This document shows positions 57,416 through 63,867 of a stretch of DNA of 64,000 bases, piece by piece. The translations under genes and the position numbers were made by a program. The notes below the pieces were generated by a model. That model saw only the letters and a program-made list of their open reading frames with translations. It was not told where the DNA came from and ran no database searches. The stretch's first letter is position 1; each line of letters begins with the position of its first letter. Source of the DNA: a virus (Duplodnaviria > Caudoviricetes); IMG/VR virus record IMGVR_UViG_3300020042_013351, positions 16,890 to 80,889 of that record; one strand, given 5' to 3'.

Positions 57416-57489
57416 CCTTCTGTAGCTGAGTGGTTTAGCTCTGTCTTGATAAGGCAGCGACGCAGGTTCAATTCCTGCCAGAAGGACCA
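57416..57489 (+). tRNA. tRNA-Ile(GAT)
   Basis: Loop TTGATAA, CCA. Confidence 0.88.
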
Positions 57490-57491
57490 AT

Positions 57492-57595
57492 TTGAGCAGT
57501 TGAGCTTTGTGCTCTGAAAAGAACCTAAGTGAACGCAAAGCTGTAGAAATATAGTGTAGCGGGTGAATCACAAAAACTATTCGTAGTCTGTTCAA
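57492..57595 (+). ncRNA. unidentified structured RNA
   Basis: Closing stem TTGAGCAG/CTGTTCAA; inner stem AGCTTTG/CAAAGCT. Confidence 0.4.
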
Positions 57596-57603
57596 CAATT
57601 TTT

Positions 57604-57679
57604 ATCCGGTAATGTTCCAAGGCTGGCGACTTAGACTCCAAATCTGAGTGGGTGGGTTCGATTCCCACACCGGGTGCCA
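57604..57679 (+). tRNA. tRNA-Trp(CCA)
   Basis: Loop CTCCAAA, CCA. Confidence 0.88.
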
Positions 57680-57687
57680 TTTTTAAT

Positions 57688-57762
57688 GCCTCGTTAGTGT
57701 AATGGAAAGCACGTTTCGCTACGGACGAAAAAGTAGGAGTTCGAATCTTCTATGAGGTACCA
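57688..57762 (+). tRNA. tRNA-Arg(ACG)
   Basis: Loop CTACGGA, CCA. Confidence 0.9.
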
Positions 57763-57768
57763 TTAAAT

Positions 57769-57845
57769 GCCCGTATAGCACAACTGGTAGATGCATATGA
57801 TTTAGGATCATAATGTTGGGGGTTCGAATCCCTCTACGGGTACCA
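57769..57845 (+). tRNA. tRNA-Leu(TAG), short variable loop
   Basis: Loop TTTAGGA, 5-nt variable region, CCA. Confidence 0.85.
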
Positions 57846-57854
57846 ATTTCAAAA

Positions 57855-57929
57855 TACCCTTTAGTGTAATGGTTAACACACCTGACTTTGACTCAGGTAG
57901 TCCTAGTTCGAATCTAGGAAGGGTAGCCA
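57855..57929 (+). tRNA. tRNA-Gln(TTG)
   Basis: Loop CTTTGAC, CCA. Confidence 0.9.
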
Positions 57930-57938
57930 ATTTTAAAA

Positions 57939-58012
57939 GCCTCTATAATTCAATGGTAGAATGATCGTTTCATACGCGATATACGCTGGCTCGAATTCAG
58001 CTAGAGGCACCA
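57939..58012 (+). tRNA. tRNA-Met/Ile2(CAT)
   Basis: Loop TTCATAC, CCA; elongator-type. Confidence 0.82.
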
Positions 58013-58021
58013 ATTTCAAAA

Positions 58022-58098
58022 CATCCTAAAGCCACAGTAGACCGGCACCGGACTTTTAATCCGGTATGGTGAGGTTGCAACTACCTCTGGGATGACCA
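58022..58098 (+). tRNA. tRNA-Lys(TTT)
   Basis: Loop CTTTTAA, atypical D- and T-loops, CCA. Confidence 0.82.
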
Positions 58099-58145
58099 AT
58101 TTCAAAAGGAAATAAGTTATAATAAAAGAGTAATTAATTTCAAAC

Positions 58146-58223
58146 GTCCCTGTAGTGAACGGTAGGTTATCACACAACTCTTTCAAGGTTGTATACCCGG
58201 TTCGACCCCGGGTGGGGATGCCA
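58146..58223 (+). tRNA. tRNA-Glu(TTC)
   Basis: Loop CTTTCAA, CCA. Confidence 0.85.
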
Positions 58224-58232
58224 ATTTCAAAT

Positions 58233-58307
58233 AGAGCTATGGTATAGTGGTTATTACGTCGGTCTGTCGAATCGAAGACACGGGTTCAATTCCCGTTAGC
58301 TCTGCCA
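58233..58307 (+). tRNA. tRNA-Asp(GTC)
   Basis: Loop CTGTCGA, CCA. Confidence 0.9.
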
Positions 58308-58316
58308 ATTTCAAAT

Positions 58317-58390
58317 TGCAGGTAAGTGGTCTAGTGACCATTCTGGGCTCATAACCCGGAGAGCGCGGTGCGATTCCCGACCTGCATCCA
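58317..58390 (+). tRNA. tRNA-fMet-like (CAT)
   Basis: GGG/CCC anticodon stem, loop CTCATAA, CCA; imperfect T-arm. Confidence 0.75.
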
Positions 58391-58399
58391 ATTTCAAAA

Positions 58400-58426
58400 T
58401 CCCCAGTAGCTCAGTGGTAGTAGCGA
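58400..58426 (+). pseudogene. truncated 5' tRNA fragment (Asn-like)
   Basis: TCCCCAGTAGCTCAGTGGTAGTAGCG is an acceptor 5' strand plus D-arm, then breaks off before the endonuclease gene. Confidence 0.6.
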
Positions 58427-58477
58427 GCTACATGAAAAATATGTAAGAAAAGAAGGATCGATCTTATAAATAATAGT

Positions 58478-59206
58478 ATGGATCGATCCTTATGCAAAAC
58501 ATGTAAACAGCCTATTGCTAGTGAATGGAGATCTGATAGATCAACAATAAAAAATAACCCTTTAATTTATTGTTCACGAAAGTGCAGTAACAGTAGAGGT
58601 AAAAGGTCAGAAGAAGTTAAAAATAAAATAGCCAACACGCTCAAACAAAAACCTAGAACAGCAAAGCCAGTTCAGAATTCTTGTATTGTGTGTGGTGACG
58701 TTTTTGAAACATCTTCTTCAAAGAGAAGAAAAACGTGCAATAAAACTTGTAAAAACTACTGGCATTCACTCAAGCGTCAAGAATACATAAAAGAGCATGG
58801 TTCATTTTCAACATTAAGAGAGATATTTACATACAAATCAACTACGATTGATGTGGATTCAAATCTTGAAAAGGCAGGTATTGTATATCTAACAGATATA
58901 CTTGGAGCAAAAAGAATTGAAAGATTTTACAGCATTTTAAACTTCTGGGAAGGAGATGCACATAGAACTTTTAATCCTGATTTTATATGTAGATTAAAGA
59001 ATGGAAGAACAGCATTAGCAGAAGTAAAGCAAAAATGGATTCAGAGCTCTGATCATGATTATAATAGAACAATACCACTAAAAAAGAAAGTGCTTGAAGA
59101 ATATTGCAGTGTGTGTGATTATGACATGTTGTGGCTTGACTTTGATAATGCTCCAGAAATGAAACAAATTTATAAAAAGATTTTAGTTGAACGAAACGAT
59201 AAATAG
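58478..59206 (+). mobile_element. free-standing endonuclease with Zn fingers and TnsA-like PD-(D/E)XK domain
   Basis: CKTC, YCSRKCSN, CIVC; HRTFNPDFI...ALAEVK; TATAAATA-N5-ATG. Confidence 0.7.
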
Positions 59207-59231
59207 AGTATATTATCGTGTAATAATAAAA

Positions 59232-59306
59232 TCCCAGGTGGCAGACTAGTAATGCATCCGGCTGTTAACCGGAACCATGAAGGAGCGTAACCTTCTCTGG
59301 GAGCCA
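59232..59306 (+). tRNA. tRNA-Asn(GTT)
   Basis: Loop CTGTTAA, G73, atypical T-loop AGCGTAA, CCA. Confidence 0.82.
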
Positions 59307-59315
59307 ATTTAATAG

Positions 59316-59343
59316 TTGATTCAGATAGGAAAGATATTATAAT
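59316..59343 (+). promoter_or_regulatory. sigma70-like promoter TTGATT-N16-TATAAT with GGAAA box
   Basis: Lies 5 nt upstream of ATG 59349. Confidence 0.6.
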
Positions 59344-59348
59344 AAAGT

Positions 59349-59546
59349 ATGACAAAAACATATGATCAACTTAAAGAACTAACTGAAGCTTTTGCAATTG
59401 ATGATGAGAAATTTATCAACGGTAAATCATCTGCAAGTACAAACGCACGAAAGCGTCTACAAGAGATTATCGTACTAGCTAAAGCTCGTCGTAATGAAAT
59501 TACAGCAGAGAAGAATGCTCGTAAAGAAACAAAGGTTTCAGAGTAG
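59349..59546 (+). CDS. histone H1-like (Hc1-family) small basic protein
   Basis: KFINGKSSASTNARKRLQEI...ARRNEI resembles the Hc1 family. Confidence 0.7.
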   Translation: MTKTYDQLKELTEAFAIDDEKFINGKSSASTNARKRLQEIIVLAKARRNEITAEKNARKETKVSE

Positions 59547-59553
59547 GTAAATT

Positions 59554-59628
59554 GCCCGAATAGCTCAACGATAGAGCGCCCGCCTTACACGCGGATTGTT
59601 GTAGGTTTGAATCCTACTTCGGGTACCA
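59554..59628 (+). tRNA. tRNA-Val(TAC)
   Basis: Loop CTTACAC, CCA. Confidence 0.9.
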
Positions 59629-59634
59629 ATTTAT

Positions 59635-59709
59635 GGGGCGTTAGTGATAATGGTAGCACATGATCCTTGCACGGTTGAAGAAAGGGTTCGAATCCCTTAC
59701 GCTCCACCA
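59635..59709 (+). tRNA. tRNA-Ala(TGC)
   Basis: G3:U70, loop CTTGCAC, CCA; weak anticodon stem. Confidence 0.85.
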
Positions 59710-59714
59710 ATTTT

Positions 59715-60052
59715 GATAGTAAGGAAAGACGCAGATTGCGTGTAATGAGAAAATAATGAGAGGGGCCGAGTAAGACCTGAAATGCATTGCAATGCAAAGT
59801 ATGATAATACTGGACGGAAGCATTATGAAGTGTATATTACAAACGGAGAATGGGCAGAGAGGGGTCTGTAGATAGACCAGATACTCTTCGATACCTCACC
59901 GGCTATCGATATTCAGAAATATTCAACTAACCGCAACTTTAGAGGTCGCTCTTGCAAGCCATGTACCTCTAACGGCTCTGGGATGGGTGCGCTTGCACAA
60001 GCTCATTGAATGGTTTCTGAGGCACTCGTTGAATTAGCTACTCAATAGAGTG
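59715..60052 (+). ncRNA. about 340-nt unidentified structured RNA (one or two domains)
   Basis: Long-range stems 59715-59720/59902-59907 and 59913-59926/60006-60020 plus many hairpins; no ORF. Confidence 0.5.
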
Positions 60053-60079
60053 TCAACAATTTTCCAAATAAATAAACGT

Positions 60080-60541
60080 ATGAAAAAAGATTTAAAAATG
60101 ATTGCTGAAGCTTATCAAAAAGTTATTATTGAACAAATAACAGATGATTGGTTCCAACAAGGAGCTTTCCAAGCTTATAAAAAACCAGCAAATGAACCAT
60201 ATGAAGTAGCAGAAGCAGATGGTACACTGCAAACTTTAGAAGGTCCTCAACAATACAAAGCTGGTTTTTATATTATTACAGGTCCAAAGGGAGAAAAATA
60301 TTCAATACCACCTGAAAAATTTAGTGAATTAAAAGATGATAATGGTGATGGTACCGCTTCACCTAAAAAGATTATCAAACAAGTAAAATTAGCTGATTCA
60401 GATGGTGTTGTAAAGACTTCATGGGGAGCTGATTTACAATACAGTAAAGGTAACGATTATATCGTAAAACATGGTCCTGGTGATTATGGAGTGGTAAAGA
60501 AAGATATCTTTCAGCAAACATACGCACCATCAGACAAGTAA
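60080..60541 (+). CDS. PGDYG-like protein with internal domain duplication
   Basis: TLEGPQQYKAGFYIITGPKGEKY and YIVKHGPGDYGVVKKDIFQQTY; TAAATA-N5-ATG at 60080. Confidence 0.7.
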   Translation: MKKDLKMIAEAYQKVIIEQITDDWFQQGAFQAYKKPANEPYEVAEADGTLQTLEGPQQYKAGFYIITGPKGEKYSIPPEKFSELKDDNGDGTASPKKIIKQVKLADSDGVVKTSWGADLQYSKGNDYIVKHGPGDYGVVKKDIFQQTYAPSDK

Positions 60542-60546
60542 CAAAT

Positions 60547-60621
60547 GGCCATTGAGTCAGCTGGCGTGGACAGGAGTCTGCAAAACTCTGTAGGTGAGTT
60601 CGATTCTCACAATGGCCTCCA
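60547..60621 (+). tRNA. tRNA-Cys(GCA)
   Basis: Loop CTGCAAA, U73, CCA. Confidence 0.9.
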
Positions 60622-60642
60622 GCTTTTTTAATAAATAAACAT

Positions 60643-61086
60643 ATGAATAAAGATTCACAATTGTTGGGAGAAGCGTATAATGAAGTAAAGATTAATGAAG
60701 CTTTTAGTAGTTTTGTGATCTCACCGGAAGCATCAAATGTAATGTTACAGCTAGCTGGTGGTAATAAAATTTTAGCTGTAATTTATCTTTTATTAGCGTA
60801 TGTTGGTATACCTGGATTATTAATGGCATATGCATCATATGGTATGCAGGATATTAAAAATTTTGCTAGCAAAATTTGGGCTGGTATTAGAGGTCGATTA
60901 TCTCTAAACCCAGAAGATGTAATACAAGCAGCTAGTAAACTTAAACAAACTTTAAATGGACCTGAAAAAGGAAAAATTACCAGTCTAGTTAATAAAATGA
61001 AACATTATATTGATAATGGTAAAATAGCAGAAGCTCAACAAATAGCTGATGAATTAAAATTATTTTTTACAAAAACAGAAGAATAA
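60643..61086 (+). CDS. hypothetical membrane-associated late protein
   Basis: TAAATA-N5-ATG; hydrophobic segment ILAVIYLLLAYVGIPGLLMAY. Confidence 0.65.
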   Translation: MNKDSQLLGEAYNEVKINEAFSSFVISPEASNVMLQLAGGNKILAVIYLLLAYVGIPGLLMAYASYGMQDIKNFASKIWAGIRGRLSLNPEDVIQAASKLKQTLNGPEKGKITSLVNKMKHYIDNGKIAEAQQIADELKLFFTKTEE

Positions 61087-61123
61087 TAAAATATTTAAAT
61101 TTTAGTACGTGTATCCAGCGCTT

Positions 61124-61188
61124 GGTCCGTCGCTGGTTAATTCTAACTACCTGATCTTCTAACGTTGGTGTGAGTTAACGGACCACCA
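61124..61188 (+). ncRNA. 65-nt mini tRNA-like RNA ending in ACCA
   Basis: Perfect 7-bp acceptor GGTCCGT/ACGGACC plus ACCA; only two internal hairpins. Confidence 0.5.
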
Positions 61189-61244
61189 TTTTTCAGTTGA
61201 TTATAGGAAAGTCGTTATAATAATAGAGTAAATAATTTAATAAA

Positions 61245-61320
61245 GCACCGGTAGCTCAGTGGATAGAGCAAAAGATTTCTAATCTTTAGGTCGCAGGTTC
61301 GATCCCTGCCTGGTGCACCA
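61245..61320 (+). tRNA. tRNA-Arg(TCT)
   Basis: Loop TTTCTAA, CCA. Confidence 0.92.
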
Positions 61321-61329
61321 CTTTCAAAA

Positions 61330-61404
61330 TCTCTTCGTATCATAAAAGTAATGTCATCGCCTGTGAAGCGATCTAAGATGGAGCATTACCATCCAAGAGA
61401 ACCA
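61330..61404 (+). tRNA. tRNA-His(GTG), atypical
   Basis: Loop CTGTGAA; lacks G-1:C73; T-loop AGCATTA; CCA. Confidence 0.72.
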
Positions 61405-61412
61405 TTTTCAAT

Positions 61413-61489
61413 GCCCTGGTAGCACAATTGGTAGATGCATCGGATTTAAGCTCCGTGTGTTGTCGGTTCGAATCCGACTCAGGGTACCA
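61413..61489 (+). tRNA. tRNA-Leu(TAA), short variable loop
   Basis: Loop TTTAAGC, 5-nt variable region, CCA. Confidence 0.85.
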
Positions 61490-61702
61490 TTTTATCTGGC
61501 AGTTGCAATGAGGTAAAGACCTAACGCAATGCCAAAAATTCCAGAAATTATAAGTAAAAAGTCCATAAGGGCTGCGTTTCAAACTAAGGCAAAAACTTTG
61601 CAATAGCGATGAAGATTGCAGCAATACAAAAAAGTCCTAAAAACATTTGGAATATTTCGAGGAAGTTCATATTATTATTTATATCTAATAAAAGATCGTT
61701 TT

Positions 61703-61903
61703 ATGAAACCAACATACGAGTATTGCAATTTTTGCAAAAGGACAACACAACACCTCAGCGGGTATTGCAGCTGCTATGAACCTGCACCATCTGCAGCTGC
61801 AAGTAAGGAGCTTAAAGTAGAGTATTATGATACACCTGCTGAAGTTATAACAAGCATAAAAGATCTCCAATCAATCTACAGCAAAATTAAAAACAATGTT
61901 TGA
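61703..61903 (+). CDS. small Zn-finger-like hypothetical protein
   Basis: YCNFCKRTTQH...YCSC; start moved to MKPTYEY. Confidence 0.5.
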   Translation: MKPTYEYCNFCKRTTQHLSGYCSCYEPAPSAAASKELKVEYYDTPAEVITSIKDLQSIYSKIKNNV

Positions 61904-62333
61904 TCCATTTTTTTGTGACCACATCAACGGGTTTGATTTGTATTCTGAAAATCCAGAAGATGATCCACTGTACAGCAATTGTGGTTCTACAGCATCAAAT
62001 CCTAGATACTATAATGGAGTTAAAACAACTTATGATGTATATGGAGTAGAGCTTCAAAAGACAAAAAAAGCTACTTTGTATCAATTGGTTGTTAAAAAGA
62101 AGAAAGACGGATTCAGTTACAAATACGAATATGCACTGGGTCCAGAAAAATGGCTTCCTGACAGCGAGATAAACAGCTATCACATCAGTGAGTTTGATGC
62201 AACTGATGTTGACTTTGCAGATGAGTTTGCTGTAACTGGTATTCCAGATTTATGCAAAATCAGCATTCCAGGCTGGCTCAAAAACAAAGATGAAACTCTT
62301 AGAACAGTTTTTGCAATCAAAAAACAAAGATGA
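61896..62333 (+). CDS. hypothetical protein
   Basis: 145-aa ORF; ends inside a tandem duplication. Confidence 0.55.
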   Translation: MFDPFFCDHINGFDLYSENPEDDPLYSNCGSTASNPRYYNGVKTTYDVYGVELQKTKKATLYQLVVKKKKDGFSYKYEYALGPEKWLPDSEINSYHISEFDATDVDFADEFAVTGIPDLCKISIPGWLKNKDETLRTVFAIKKQR

Positions 62334-62360
62334 AACTCTCAAAACAGTTTTTTCAATTAA
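62281..62360 (+). repeat. 40-bp imperfect tandem duplication
   Basis: aaaacaaagatgaaactcttagaacagtttttgcaatcaa / aaaacaaagatgaaactctcaaaacagttttttcaattaa. Confidence 0.85.
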
Positions 62361-62402
62361 ACAATAGTGGAACTCTAAAGAATATACATTATATTATAAT
62401 GT

Positions 62403-63071
62403 ATGAATAATTTTAAATTATTAATCAAATTTCCAACTAGATCTAGACCAGATAAGTTTTTTAAAGTGTTAAATTTATACTACAATTTACTTACAACTAA
62501 TAACTTCGAGTTTATTATTTCTTGTGATGAAGATGATATTACAATGAATAATGAGTTTGTTAAACAACAATTAAGTTCATATAATAATCTTACTGTTTAT
62601 TTTAGTAATAACAAAAGTAAAATACAAGCAGTAAACAATGATCTTCAAGGTAAGGAATTTGATATTTTGCTTTTAGCATCTGATGATATGGTACCTGAAG
62701 TTCAAGGTTATGATGCTATTATAAAACAACTAATGTACCAACAATACAAAGATCTTGATGGGGTATTATGGTTTGATGATGGTTTTCAAGGCAATAATCT
62801 AAACACCTTAGTTGTTATTGGTAAAAAGTATTATGATAGATTTAACTATATTTACAATCCTGAATATAAATCTTTATTTTGTGATTTAGAATTTACCCAA
62901 GTTTCAAAAATACTTAATAAATGCACGTATATCGATAAATGTATTATTAGACATCAACAATACTCTATAGTAAATGAAACACCTGATGAACTATATATAA
63001 AAAATGATAGTTTACAACATGAGGATCATGAAGTATTTTGTAAGCGATCACAACAACAATTTTATTTATGA
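62403..63071 (+). CDS. glycosyltransferase, GT-A
   Basis: KFPTRSRP, SCDEDD, ASDDM, FCDLEF. Confidence 0.82.
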   Translation: MNNFKLLIKFPTRSRPDKFFKVLNLYYNLLTTNNFEFIISCDEDDITMNNEFVKQQLSSYNNLTVYFSNNKSKIQAVNNDLQGKEFDILLLASDDMVPEVQGYDAIIKQLMYQQYKDLDGVLWFDDGFQGNNLNTLVVIGKKYYDRFNYIYNPEYKSLFCDLEFTQVSKILNKCTYIDKCIIRHQQYSIVNETPDELYIKNDSLQHEDHEVFCKRSQQQFYL

Positions 63072-63793
63072 AGTCAATATTAGTTTCATTTGCAACACCA
63101 AAATGGTATCATTCACAAAATCTGTTGTGCGATAGCGCTAAAAAGCGTGGTATAACAGGATATATAAAATATACAGACTCCTCAAGTGATTGGGAATTTA
63201 TTAACAAATATAAAGATATATATACCGAAACAAGAGGTTATGGTTTTTGGCAATGGAAACCGAAAGTTGTTTTAGATGCAATGAATAAGGTTGATGATGG
63301 TGATGTTATAATCTACGTAGATAGTGGTAATATAATTATTAATGATTTAAGTTTTATTATTAATAGATGTATTGAAAAAGAAATCGTATTATTTGATAAC
63401 AGAGATGGTAATCATGCAGGTGTACCCCATCGTAATGATATGTGGACTAAAAGAGATTGTTTTGTCTTAATGAATTGTGATAATAATGTTTATTATGATG
63501 CACCACAGATAGATGCATCATATCAACTTTATAAAAAAACACCCCAAGTGTTAGATTTTCTTAAAGAGTATGATAGTTATTGTTCTAATGAAAATATTAT
63601 TTCTGATTTACCCAATATAACCCAATCAAACTTACCACAATTTAAAGATCATAGACACGATCAATCTATTCTTTCATTAATGGCTGTAAAATATAATATT
63701 GAACTATTACCCGAACCATCTGAATGGGGTAACCATTTAACTAATAGACCGTACCCGCAGTTATTTTCACATCATAGAAACACAATAAAGTAA
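63068..63793 (+). CDS. glycosyltransferase-like protein
   Basis: GYGFWQWKP, YVDSG, HRHDQSILS. Confidence 0.72.
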   Translation: MKSILVSFATPKWYHSQNLLCDSAKKRGITGYIKYTDSSSDWEFINKYKDIYTETRGYGFWQWKPKVVLDAMNKVDDGDVIIYVDSGNIIINDLSFIINRCIEKEIVLFDNRDGNHAGVPHRNDMWTKRDCFVLMNCDNNVYYDAPQIDASYQLYKKTPQVLDFLKEYDSYCSNENIISDLPNITQSNLPQFKDHRHDQSILSLMAVKYNIELLPEPSEWGNHLTNRPYPQLFSHHRNTIK

Positions 63794-63867
63794 AAAATTA
63801 TCAGGTGGAACTCTAAAGGAAATACATTATAATAGTAGTAAGTAACAAAACAATTACTACAAAATAT

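Noticed and set aside
59715-59907. RNase P RNA (AAGGAAAGAC, GTAGATAGAC and CCGGCTA resemble conserved regions I, IV and V)
   Set aside because: No room for P2/P3 before the GGAAAG motif, P4 strands are not complementary in the expected register, and no ACAGAA motif. Kept only as an unassigned ncRNA.
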